Notes under the pieces: generated by a model
Seen by the model: only the letters and a program-made list of their open reading frames with translations
Database searches by the model: none
What the model was told of the DNA's origin: nothing
Shown here: one piece after another, positions 26,096 through 34,800 of the stretch
Numbering within the stretch: the first letter of the stretch is position 1
How the letters are laid out: every line of letters starts with the position of its first letter
Made by a program: the position numbers and the translations under genes
NCBI GenBank assembly: GCA_040756075.1
Contig: JBFLZX010000006.1
Span: 1 to 45,169 of the forward strand
Direction: 5' to 3'
DNA: 45,169 nucleotides
Source of the DNA: Patescibacteria group bacterium
GTDB taxonomy: Bacteria > Patescibacteriota > JABMPQ01 > JBFLZX01

Positions 26096-27181
26096 TTACT
26101 GTTTTTTAATTTTCAAATTTCCTCGATCGCTTTTCAGCCAAATTAAACCTTGACTTTTTGAAGATATAATCCAGGTTCCGCTGATTTCACCTTTTGTTTC
26201 TTTTCCTTCTAAAGTTAAACTAAACAACCCTTCACCTGAAACATCTTTAATTTTGCCTAAAAAAACTGCTGAGCCTGATGAATCAACAGAAAAAATTCCA
26301 CTTTCCTTTTTAAAATCATAAGTTCCAGAAATTTCATTTTGGATTCTATATTGTTGATAAAAACTTGTAAATTTACCGCTCACTTTCCCATCTGTTTGTA
26401 TTGTTAAATTTAAATCTTTAATCTGGTAAAAGGCGCCAAACATTGTCCCCTGCCAATTCCCTTCTATTTCTGAAAATTTTTTCTCGCCCTCAAAGGTTTT
26501 TGTTTCTTCTAATTTGCCCTGGCCCTTTGGGTTATATCCATTTTTAACCTCATCACCATCTTTATATCCATCACCATCAGTATCCGAGTTTTGGGGATCA
26601 GTTTGATATTTGTATTCTTCCGAATTTTTCAACTTATCTAAGTCCGGATCAAAATCAGTGTCTTTTGGATCGCGAGGATCTAATTTGTGTTCATTTTCCC
26701 AAATATCCGGCATTCCATCACCATCAGAATCTGTTGATTCATCAATTATTTGTTGAGTAGTTTTTGATGGAGGAGAGATAGGCGATGGCGTCTGTGTTGC
26801 TGTCTCTTTTTTTGACAATAAAAACCTGTTTATTGTTAAAACAACACCAAAAACAACTAATAAAACTAAAATAATAAAAATTAAACTTTTTTTAATTGTT
26901 TCGCGCCGGGCAATTTTTTCCGGCGAAAGACCTTCCTCAGGCATAAAAGAAACTGACTCTTTTTCTTCCTTTGTCTGTTTTGACGGCGGGATGATTTTTT
27001 CAACTGGCTGTTTTGGCACTACATCCGATGGCTGGCCAAAACGATCTATTTGCGGTTTTTCTGGTAATTCTTCTGAAGCCTTCTTTGGAAAAATCGGCCG
27101 CTGGGGAACAATTCTTTCTGCCTCCTGCGGTGTTTCTTTTTCACCGATAGATAAATTTGTAGGCGCAATTCCTTTGGGCAT
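26096..27181 (-). CDS. Membrane protein with Pro/Glu-rich N-terminus, DxDxDG repeats and a beta-rich C-terminal domain
   Basis: TM LIFIILVLLVVFGVVLTI; DSDGDGMPD, EEYKYQTDPQNSDTDGDGYKDGDEV (near-identical to the repeat in 23649..24359). Confidence 0.8.
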   Translation of the reverse strand: MPKGIAPTNLSIGEKETPQEAERIVPQRPIFPKKASEELPEKPQIDRFGQPSDVVPKQPVEKIIPPSKQTKEEKESVSFMPEEGLSPEKIARRETIKKSLIFIILVLLVVFGVVLTINRFLLSKKETATQTPSPISPPSKTTQQIIDESTDSDGDGMPDIWENEHKLDPRDPKDTDFDPDLDKLKNSEEYKYQTDPQNSDTDGDGYKDGDEVKNGYNPKGQGKLEETKTFEGEKKFSEIEGNWQGTMFGAFYQIKDLNLTIQTDGKVSGKFTSFYQQYRIQNEISGTYDFKKESGIFSVDSSGSAVFLGKIKDVSGEGLFSLTLEGKETKGEISGTWIISSKSQGLIWLKSDRGNLKIKKQ

Positions 27182-27338
27182 AAAAAATTAAAAGTTAAAA
27201 ACGAAAAATTAAGAAATCATCTTCGGCGACTGCTCATTAATTTGTTGATATTAATATTATAACACCTCTTTTTTAATTTCTCAAAGTTATCTGTTGATAT
27301 CTTGAAAAAAATAAAAAGATATGATAAAAATAGCTAGT

Positions 27339-28640
27339 ATGAAATACTTCATTTATACTTTTGGCTGTCAGATGAATAAGTCAGACTCGGAAAGAATTGC
27401 TGGTTTTTTAGAAAACCAAAATTTTGTTATGGTAAAAAATTTTAAAGAGGCAGATTGGGTGATTTTAAATACTTGCTCGGTGCGTCAATCGGCAGAAGAC
27501 CGCGTTTTTGGTCTGATTAAAAATTTAAAAAAATTAAAAAATCGGCCGAAAATTGCTATTACTGGCTGTATGGCGACAAAAAATACAAAAGAATTGAAAA
27601 AGAAAGCAGACTTAGTTTTTGAAATCGAAAATTTACATCAACTAAACAATTACCTAAAAAAATTTCACATTTCAGGCGATAGCTTAAAATGTGAAAAAAA
27701 GAATTTTACTGATTCTTATTTTAAAATTTCTCCTCATTGCGAAAATAATTTTCATGCTTATGTCCCAATTGCAACGGGTTGTAATAATTTTTGCACTTAC
27801 TGCGTTGTACCCTATGTCAGAGGTCGCGAAGTCAGCCGTCCACTTGATGAAATTTTATGTGAAATTAAAAATCTATTAAAACAAGGATATAAAGCTATTA
27901 CTTTAATTGGCCAAAACGTAAATTCTTACGGCCATGATTTTAAAAAACAACCTGATTTTCCGAAGCTTTTGCAAAAAATTGAAAAGATTCAAAGTAATTT
28001 TTGGCTTTGGTTTATTACTTCACATCCAAAAGATATGTCTGACCAGTTGATTAAAACTATCGCCAAATCAAAAAAGATTTGCCGCTATATTCATTTACCA
28101 ACACAAGCGGGAGACAATAAAGTACTCGCCGCAATGAATCGCGGCTATACGCGAGAAAAATATTTAAAATTAATTGCTAAAATTAAAAAGGCTCTCTCCG
28201 ACGCCTCTCTTTCTACTGATATTATTGTTGGCTTTCCTGGCGAAACAAAAGCGCAGTTTCAGAAAACTGTTGACTTATTTAAAAAAGTAAAGTTTGATAT
28301 GGCTTATATTGCCGAGTACTCACCTCGACCCGGCACTGCTGCTTACAATTTAAAAGATAATGTTCCATCCCAAGAAAAAAAACGCCGCCATAAAGTTCTG
28401 GATAAATTGCTTCGTCAAATAGCTTTAGAAAAAAACAAAAAATTAATTGGAAAAACTCTTGAAGCTCTTATTGAAGCGAAAAAAGGTAATTTTTACTTTG
28501 GCAAAACAAAGACTTTTAAAACTATAAAAATAACTAATAACCAACAACTAATAACCAACAACCAATTAATTGGCCAAATTATTCCAGTAAAAATAAAAAA
28601 GGCTTATGATTTTGGATTAGAAGGTAAATCAACCTCTTGA
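27339..28640 (+). CDS. miaB: tRNA-2-methylthio-N6-dimethylallyladenosine synthase
   Basis: TFGCQMNKSDSE, NTCSVRQSAE, radical SAM CNNFCTYC, TSHP, DIIVGFPGET, YSPRPGT, C-terminal TRAM domain; start at 27339 or 27321. Confidence 0.93.
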   Translation: MKYFIYTFGCQMNKSDSERIAGFLENQNFVMVKNFKEADWVILNTCSVRQSAEDRVFGLIKNLKKLKNRPKIAITGCMATKNTKELKKKADLVFEIENLHQLNNYLKKFHISGDSLKCEKKNFTDSYFKISPHCENNFHAYVPIATGCNNFCTYCVVPYVRGREVSRPLDEILCEIKNLLKQGYKAITLIGQNVNSYGHDFKKQPDFPKLLQKIEKIQSNFWLWFITSHPKDMSDQLIKTIAKSKKICRYIHLPTQAGDNKVLAAMNRGYTREKYLKLIAKIKKALSDASLSTDIIVGFPGETKAQFQKTVDLFKKVKFDMAYIAEYSPRPGTAAYNLKDNVPSQEKKRRHKVLDKLLRQIALEKNKKLIGKTLEALIEAKKGNFYFGKTKTFKTIKITNNQQLITNNQLIGQIIPVKIKKAYDFGLEGKSTS

Positions 28641-28755
28641 AAATATTCATTAATCTACCGATTGAAATATTTAAGTTACTGGTACTGGTGTTAACAAGAA
28701 TGAAGCTGTAGCAACAGAACTGTTATACACTCTTCCACAAATACCCTGCTTCATT

Positions 28756-28860
28756 TTTATCCCACACCTTTTAAAATACCCCACCGCTCTTGCTTTGGGA
28801 ACAAAAAATTAGAGCCTTTCGGCGGGGTCTAATGCCTCGCTGAAAGGTGTGGGATTTATT
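28756..28860 (-). mobile_element. Uninterrupted 105-bp miniature inverted-repeat element
   Basis: TIR ATCCCACACCTTT/AAAGGTGTGGGAT; internal hairpin CCTTTCGGCGGGGT..GCCTCGCTGAAAGG; inverted copy of 826-1064. Confidence 0.85.
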
Positions 28861-28866
28861 ACGATT

Positions 28867-29012
28867 TCCAATACCCAGCACGTCTCTGCCGCAGGGTATT
28901 GGACGTGATAATCAAGTCCCGATGGATCGGGAAACTTCTCGTAAAAAAGCCGCCCGTTATAAGTCTCCTAAGGTCGCTTATAACCCCGCGGTCTCTGCCG
29001 CGGGGTCGGCTT
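28867..29012. repeat. GC-rich palindrome cluster with two related GTCTCTGCCGC hairpins and a CCCGAT..ATCGGG palindrome
   Basis: TCCAATACCC..GGGTATTGGA (28867-28903); TCCCGATGGATCGGGA (28917-28932); ACCCCGCGGTCTCTGCCGCGGGGT (28983-29006). Confidence 0.7.
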
Positions 29013-29974
29013 CATTTCTTTTTACATTTTTTCAACAGCTTTTCCCACTCTAAATCTACTTTCTCTTGAATTTCTTGGAGAATTTTTTTATTGCGAGGAT
29101 GGCTAGAAAATAAATGTTTAAAGCGGCCTTGTAATTTTAAAAAGTCTGTAACTGGCCGCGGATTTTTAGGCTGATAATTTAATTTATATTTACCATTTTC
29201 AACTTCATACAAAGGCCAAAAACAAGTTTCCACTGCCAACCGAGAAATTTCCACTCCCATATTTGGCGGAAATTTCCAGCCCAAAGTGCATGGCGCCAAG
29301 ATATTAATAAAAGCTGGCCCACGGATTGCAAAAGCTTTTTTTGCTTTTTCATATAAATCCTGCCAGGCCGAAACTGCTGTTTGAGCAACATAAGGAATAT
29401 TATGAGCAGCGACAATTTCTGTTAGATTTTTTCTAAATTGCGGCTTGCCAAAAGAAACATCATCAGGCGGTGTTATTGTAGTTGCGGCCCCATACGGTGT
29501 TGCACCGGAACGCTGATTGCCAGTATTTTGATAAGCTTCGTTGTTGTAGCAAACATAAAGAAAATTTTCCTGCCGCTCTAAGGCGCCAGATAAAGATTGA
29601 AGTCCTATGTCGTAGCTTCCACCATCTCCTCCAAAGGCAACAAACTTTAGATCGCTAATTCGCGCTAATTTCTTGCTAATTTTTGCTAATTTTCCTCTTT
29701 CTTTTAATGCTTCATAAGCGCTAACCACTCCCCCCATTGTTGCCGCGGCATTAGCAAAAACAGAGTGAATCCAAGGCACTCGCCAGGCTGTCTGAGGGTA
29801 AGGCGTAGTTGTCACTTCCATACAACTAGTAGCACAAGCAACAATAACAGGTTTATCTGTTGCCCGTAAAATATGGCGAGCAACAACAGGCACTGGCAAA
29901 CAGCCGCGGCAAGAACGATGGCCAGAAGCAAGACAGCTATGACGAGAAATAAGTTTTTGAAGAAGGTTATCCAT
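29012..29974 (-). CDS. porB: Pyruvate/2-oxoacid:ferredoxin oxidoreductase beta subunit
   Basis: GHRSCRGC; TPP-binding GGDGGSYDIG...YNNEAYQNTG.QRS; PCTLGW. Confidence 0.92.
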   Translation of the reverse strand: MDNLLQKLISRHSCLASGHRSCRGCLPVPVVARHILRATDKPVIVACATSCMEVTTTPYPQTAWRVPWIHSVFANAAATMGGVVSAYEALKERGKLAKISKKLARISDLKFVAFGGDGGSYDIGLQSLSGALERQENFLYVCYNNEAYQNTGNQRSGATPYGAATTITPPDDVSFGKPQFRKNLTEIVAAHNIPYVAQTAVSAWQDLYEKAKKAFAIRGPAFINILAPCTLGWKFPPNMGVEISRLAVETCFWPLYEVENGKYKLNYQPKNPRPVTDFLKLQGRFKHLFSSHPRNKKILQEIQEKVDLEWEKLLKKCKKK

Positions 29975-29979
29975 AAAAA

Positions 29980-30201
29980 ATTATTCTAATTATTCTAATT
30001 GCTTTAATTATTCTAATCAAATCCTAATAACCAATTTTAGAAATCCCAAATCACAAATCCCAAATTACAAATAAATTCAAAATTCAAATTTTCAAATGAC
30101 AAAAAATTGTTTTGGATTTTGGTCATTGGTGCTTATTTGGAATTTGGTGCTTGTAATTTGGAATTTGACTATTCAACATTTATTAAGTTAATTAGGTTAA
30201 T
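29980..30201. repeat. Heptamer inverted array nested inside a 9-mer inverted array within the por operon
   Basis: AATTATTCT-like x4 ... ATTAAGTTA/ATTAGGTTA outside; AAATCMC units / TTTGGWD units inside (~30041-30167). Confidence 0.75.
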
Positions 30202-30213
30202 TTTATCTGTGGT

Positions 30214-31380
30214 CTACTTCAATCCAACATATCTAACCTTCTCGTTTAATTTTCCTTTTAGCAAATCTTCAAATACTATTTCAATCTCTTCTGGAAAAAT
30301 ATCCCTGCCGCCCAAACCAAAAATATAAGATTGCAATTTTGGTCTTGCATCACATAAAGCATTTTTTATTTCTGAAAAAAGTGGAGGGAAAGCGCCATAA
30401 GATTCAGAACGGTCTAAAACGCCGATTGTTTTTATTTTCGACAATGCCTCGCATACTTCCTGATAAGGAAAAGGTCTAAATAATTTTATTTTTAAAAGCC
30501 CTACCCTTTTGCCTTGTTTTCTCAATTTATTCACAACATATTTTGTTGTCCCACAAGTAGAAGCCGTTGTTACAATCGCCGCCTTTGCATCATCTAAATA
30601 ATATTTTTCAAAATGCTCATATTTTGAACCGGTAATTTTGCTTAGTTCTTTTCCAATTTCTAAATAAACTTTTTTTGCTTTTTCCATTGCCTGCGACTGC
30701 TCTACTTTAATTTCAAAATGATTTAAAGGCAAGGTAATTGATCCATAAGTGACTGGCTTTTCAATATTTAATAAAGGGCATTCTGGCTGATATTCGCCAA
30801 TAAATTTTTTTACAATACTACCAGGAAATATTTTTACTGGTTCAACTGAATGGCTTGTGACAAAACCATCAAAAGCTATCATCACTGGCAATTTTACATC
30901 GGGATGCTCTGCCAAACGCACCGCTAAAAGTACCATCTCGTAAATTTCCTGATTTGTTTCACAAAAAATTTGAACCCAAGATAAATCTCGCGCTCCCATA
31001 ACATCAGAGTGGTCGCCGTGAATATTAATAGGAGCAGACAATGCTCGACAAGCTATCGACATTACAATAGGCAAACGCAGTCCCGAAGCAACGCCAAGAA
31101 CCTCCCACATATAAGCTAAACCTTGCGAAGCAGTGGCAGTCATTGCTCGAACACCTGCGGCAGCCGCTCCAACAACATAACTCATTGCCGAATGTTCTGA
31201 TTCTACCGGCACAAACTTTGTTTTAACTTTTCCATCTGCGACATCCTTTGCAAATTTTTCAATAATCGGCGTCTGGGGAGTAATCGGGTAAGCAGCAATT
31301 ACTTCTGGATCAATTTGCCGCCAAGCTTCAGCCACGCATTCAGCGCCAGTGAGAGCTTCTAATTTATAATGATTCTTCAT
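30214..31380 (-). CDS. porA: Pyruvate/2-oxoacid:ferredoxin oxidoreductase alpha subunit
   Basis: AAYPITPQT, VESEHSAMS, TATASQGL, DGFVTSH, GLGGRD. Confidence 0.93.
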   Translation of the reverse strand: MKNHYKLEALTGAECVAEAWRQIDPEVIAAYPITPQTPIIEKFAKDVADGKVKTKFVPVESEHSAMSYVVGAAAAGVRAMTATASQGLAYMWEVLGVASGLRLPIVMSIACRALSAPINIHGDHSDVMGARDLSWVQIFCETNQEIYEMVLLAVRLAEHPDVKLPVMIAFDGFVTSHSVEPVKIFPGSIVKKFIGEYQPECPLLNIEKPVTYGSITLPLNHFEIKVEQSQAMEKAKKVYLEIGKELSKITGSKYEHFEKYYLDDAKAAIVTTASTCGTTKYVVNKLRKQGKRVGLLKIKLFRPFPYQEVCEALSKIKTIGVLDRSESYGAFPPLFSEIKNALCDARPKLQSYIFGLGGRDIFPEEIEIVFEDLLKGKLNEKVRYVGLK

Positions 31381-31385
31381 TGTTT

Positions 31386-31441
31386 ATTAACGGATTAACG
31401 GATTGATTTCTAATTCGTTAATTCGCTAAATTCGTTAATTG
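31386..31441. repeat. Inverted 8-mer array between porD and porA
   Basis: ATTAACGG x2, mirrored by ATTCGTTA-like x3. Confidence 0.6.
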
Positions 31442-31454
31442 AATAATTTTTAAA

Positions 31455-31742
31455 TTACACTTTCTTCATCACAATCGCCTTATTCGGACATTCATGGGCG
31501 CAAATTCCGCAACCCTTGCAATAAGCATAATCAATATGAGAAATTTTGCCTTCTTTAATCTTGATACAATTCTCAGGACAAAAATTTGCACACAAAAGAC
31601 AATTTTTACATTTCTTTTTATCCAAAATTGGTATTTGATTACGCCAGCTGCCAGTTTTATATTCACTTGTTGAACCCGGTTTATCAATTACCGCCCCCTT
31701 TGGCCATTGCTGATTTTTAGAAATTTTTTTGTTTTCAGCCAT
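31455..31742 (-). CDS. porD: Oxidoreductase delta subunit (2x[4Fe-4S] ferredoxin)
   Basis: YKTGSWR; CKNCLLCANFCP and CKGCGICAHECP. Confidence 0.93.
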   Translation of the reverse strand: MAENKKISKNQQWPKGAVIDKPGSTSEYKTGSWRNQIPILDKKKCKNCLLCANFCPENCIKIKEGKISHIDYAYCKGCGICAHECPNKAIVMKKV

Positions 31743-31802
31743 ATTTTTTCCATTACTACATTTTATCGCGGTCGCGAAAATTTGTAGTAGTCATTTTTAC
31801 TC

Positions 31803-32363
31803 TCAAATAGACTCACAGCCCCTTCTCATTGCTTCAATATTCTTTTCTGTCATCTCTTTGCCTAGTTTTCTTTCAAATTTTTTATACACTATTTTCTCTA
31901 AATCCTTTAGTTGAATATAATTAGTGATTTTACTAAAAGCGCCCAATAAAACAATATTTGGAAAATCTTTGCCTAAAATACCTCGGGAAATACCGCTGGC
32001 ATCAAGAGTATAAACTTTAGCTTTAGTTTTTAGTTTATGTTGCAAATCTTTTTGTGATAATTTTGTGTTAGCCAAAAAAATATCACTGCTGTCTAAGCCC
32101 AATTTAACCTCTTCTAAATCTAAAAGCGTTGGATCAATGATAATCATTAAATCCGGATTTAAAACTGCGCAATGAAGTAAAATTGGTTTTGTGGAAATCC
32201 GAACATAAGCTTCCATTGGAGCGCCTTCGCGATCAGCGCTATAAGAAGGAAAGGCTTGAATAAATTTCCCTTTTTCCATAGCCGCTTGGGCAACAAATTG
32301 AGCCAAAGTTTTTGCTCCCTGTCCTGCCCGGCCGTGGATCCTAATTTCGAAAATTGATTTCAT
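31803..32363 (-). CDS. porC: Oxidoreductase gamma subunit
   Basis: EIRIHGRAGQGAKT, QAFPSY..DREGAP, PNIVLLGA. Confidence 0.9.
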   Translation of the reverse strand: MKSIFEIRIHGRAGQGAKTLAQFVAQAAMEKGKFIQAFPSYSADREGAPMEAYVRISTKPILLHCAVLNPDLMIIIDPTLLDLEEVKLGLDSSDIFLANTKLSQKDLQHKLKTKAKVYTLDASGISRGILGKDFPNIVLLGAFSKITNYIQLKDLEKIVYKKFERKLGKEMTEKNIEAMRRGCESI

Positions 32364-32409
32364 ATTTTTTAAGATATCGAGAAATTGAAGTAAGTTACAA
32401 TATAAAAAT

Positions 32410-32535
32410 AAAATCTAAAATCCAAATATCAAAGCCCAAATGCCAAATGAATGTCAAATACTTAAATGTCAAATAAAAAATTTGTCATTAGGATTTTGGA
32501 TTTGATTTGACATTTGAAATTTGGATTTTGACATT
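32410..32535. repeat. Inverted heptamer array, no cargo
   Basis: Left arm 40/42 identical to 18903-18944; mirror arm TTTGTCA...TTTGACA TTTGAAA TTTGGAT TTTGACA. Confidence 0.8.
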
Positions 32536-33614
32536 TACTCTAAATTCACTACCGCGCTCTTTAACTCCATTCTTTTCAAAATAATCTTACTTTCTTGCCT
32601 AGTCGCGAATCTTGGCTGACTGTAGTCCTCAATCTTTGTCGGGACAAATTCCATACTTTTTAATTTCATGCCTTGAAACTTGCATTTTGCAATGACGCCC
32701 TCGCGCGTTTCTTCTGACCACATTTGATCAAAAACCAAATTTCCCAAACTGTAAATAATAAAGCTATCTTTATATTTTTCTGTTGTCTGGACCCAATGCG
32801 GATGATGGCCTAAGACTAAATTTGCTCCGCTGTCGATCGCCGCATGGGCAAATTCAACTTGCTGTGGATTGGGTGTTACTTGATACTCTGTTCCCGCGTG
32901 CATGGAAACAATGACAACATCTGCTTCTTTTTTTAATTTTTCTACATCCTCTTTCATTCTATCGATTTCCATAAAAGCTAAATCGTAAATTTCCGGATCT
33001 TCATTTTTTGAAAATTTGATACCGTCAGAATAAGTATAGGCCAAAAAGCCAAATTTTATATTCTTACTTTCTAAAATTACTCCCTTATGAGCTTTTTCAT
33101 AATTTTTTCCCGCTCCAGTATATTTTATATTATTTTCTGTCAGATGTGAAAAAGTAAAAGCTAAACCTTCCCTGCCTTGATTCTTCATGTGATTATTAGC
33201 CAAGGAAACAACATCCACACCAGCTAAAATCAAACCTTCAATAAAATCTGGCTCAGCCTTAAATGACATTCCTTCCGTTACTAACTCGCCTTTATCTAAA
33301 AATGGGGCTTCAAAATTGACAAAAGTAATATCACCTGATTGCATCAGCGGAGCAATCTTGCGAAAGGGCATAGCTGAATCCCCTGATCTTCTAATCTTTA
33401 CTCCTACCCAGCGAGAAGGGATAACATCGCCGCCAGCAACTAATAAATTCTTAACTTCTTCTTTATACTTTTCTTCGTCTTTTAAAGCCTCTAGGGCAGC
33501 GCTTTTGATTTCTTCTTTTTTAAAATCATTTTGCCCAACAAGACTTTTAAATCCAAAAAAACTCAAAATAATCAGCAAAAAACCAACAGTAATTAAAATT
33601 AAACCTTTTTTCAT
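32535..33614 (-). CDS. CapA/PgsA-cap family metallophosphoesterase-like protein with N-terminal anchor
   Basis: GGDV, NFE, SLANNH, SMHAGTEY, GHHPHWVQ, YSLGNLVFDQ. Confidence 0.9.
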   Translation of the reverse strand: MKKGLILITVGFLLIILSFFGFKSLVGQNDFKKEEIKSAALEALKDEEKYKEEVKNLLVAGGDVIPSRWVGVKIRRSGDSAMPFRKIAPLMQSGDITFVNFEAPFLDKGELVTEGMSFKAEPDFIEGLILAGVDVVSLANNHMKNQGREGLAFTFSHLTENNIKYTGAGKNYEKAHKGVILESKNIKFGFLAYTYSDGIKFSKNEDPEIYDLAFMEIDRMKEDVEKLKKEADVVIVSMHAGTEYQVTPNPQQVEFAHAAIDSGANLVLGHHPHWVQTTEKYKDSFIIYSLGNLVFDQMWSEETREGVIAKCKFQGMKLKSMEFVPTKIEDYSQPRFATRQESKIILKRMELKSAVVNLE

Positions 33615-34189
33615 TATATTTTTAAACCCTTTTTAAATCTATGAAGCTGCCACAAAAAATCCATTAGCGCGACAACGCCAAAAACAATGCTAACAGCGGC
33701 GAACCAAAATTTGTAAGGCAGATTAAACAAATAAAAAATCCCTGTGCCATAGACAAAAAATATTGCTACTTCTGAAATTTCTAATTTTCTGGCAAACCAT
33801 CTTTTTTGGGCAAAGTAGATTACCAGCAAATTTAAAAATCCAATAAAAAAAATAACCAAATAAATCGTAAAAATCAAAAAATGCAAATCGAGGCGGAAAG
33901 TAACAAATAAAATCGTGCTAAAAACAAGCAAGGTGTCGGCAATAGGCTCTAAAATTACGCCCAGCCGTGAACTCTGATTCAACCTTCTTGCTAAAACTCC
34001 GTCAAAAGCATCACTTGCCACTCCAAAAACAAAAAGCCACTTTATCAAATCCGGCAAAAGACGAGTAAAAAACAAAATAAAAATAATTGCGGCAATAAAA
34101 ATCCGAAAAACTGTAAGTAAATTTGGAATTTTTAGAAAGTCTTTTGTTTGAATTTTATAATTTTGCGTAAAATCGCTTTTCTTCATCAC
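33614..34189 (-). CDS. CDP-alcohol phosphatidyltransferase (PgsA-like)
   Basis: IPNLLTVFR; DAFDGVLARRLNQSSRLGVILEPIAD; multiple TM segments. Confidence 0.85.
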   Translation of the reverse strand: MMKKSDFTQNYKIQTKDFLKIPNLLTVFRIFIAAIIFILFFTRLLPDLIKWLFVFGVASDAFDGVLARRLNQSSRLGVILEPIADTLLVFSTILFVTFRLDLHFLIFTIYLVIFFIGFLNLLVIYFAQKRWFARKLEISEVAIFFVYGTGIFYLFNLPYKFWFAAVSIVFGVVALMDFLWQLHRFKKGLKI

Positions 34190-34213
34190 TGTCTAATGTT
34201 TAATGTTCAATGA

Positions 34214-34675
34214 TTAATGTTTAATATTCAGTTTCGCTTTCACCATCTCGCCGACTAACTTCCCATCTGCTTTTCCCTTAACCTGCTTCATCACGGCGCC
34301 CATTACTTTGCCAAAATCCAAAGGCGAACTTGCGCCAAGGTTAGAAATCGCCTCATTAATAATTTTTTCCAACTCTTCTTGACTTATTTGTTTTGGTAAA
34401 TAATTTTGCAAAATTTGAAGCTCGCCTTCTTCTTTTTTAGCTAAATCCTCGCGGCTCCCAGCGCGATAGGACTCAATAGAATCTTTATGACGCCGAACGG
34501 CGCGGGAAACAACAGCTTGAATTTCCGCATCTTCTAATTTTCCTTTTTTCTTTTTAGCGATTTCCTCGTTTTTAATATCCGAAATAAGCATTCTCAAAGT
34601 AGAAATTTTTTCTGCATTTTTTTCTTTTAATGCTGTTTTTAAATCGTCTTGGATTTTTTTAAATAAATTAGACAT
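34214..34675 (-). CDS. GatB/YqeY domain protein
   Basis: DLKTALK...TLRML.S.IKNEEI...YLPKQ...DFGKVMGAVM...GKADG. Confidence 0.9.
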   Translation of the reverse strand: MSNLFKKIQDDLKTALKEKNAEKISTLRMLISDIKNEEIAKKKKGKLEDAEIQAVVSRAVRRHKDSIESYRAGSREDLAKKEEGELQILQNYLPKQISQEELEKIINEAISNLGASSPLDFGKVMGAVMKQVKGKADGKLVGEMVKAKLNIKH

Positions 34676-34676
34676 A

Positions 34677-34797
34677 ACAAAAACTCAGAACTCAAAACGC
34701 AAAGTGCAAAACCAAAATGTAAAATTTAAAACTTTTAAGTAATAATTTTTAAGTTTTTAATTTTGGTTTTTCGCTTTTAGTTTTGCACTTTGAGCTT
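34677..34797. repeat. Inverted heptamer array, no cargo
   Basis: AAAACTC AGAACTC AAAACGC AAAGTGC..., mirror ...GTTTTGCACTTTGAGC. Confidence 0.75.
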
Positions 34798-34800
34798 AAT

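Noticed and set aside
28847-29053. 68-aa ORF across the palindrome cluster
   Set aside because: GTG start inside a TIR, made up of repeat sequence, and overlapping the porB end.
30107-30328. 73-aa ORF starting MFWILVIGAYLEFGACNLEF
   Set aside because: The N-terminus is a translated heptamer arm and the rest is antisense to porA.
31754-31789. TACTACA...TGTAGTA hairpin between porC and porD as a mobile element or terminator
   Set aside because: Single copy in the window, no clear target duplication, and it lies inside an operon; insufficient support.
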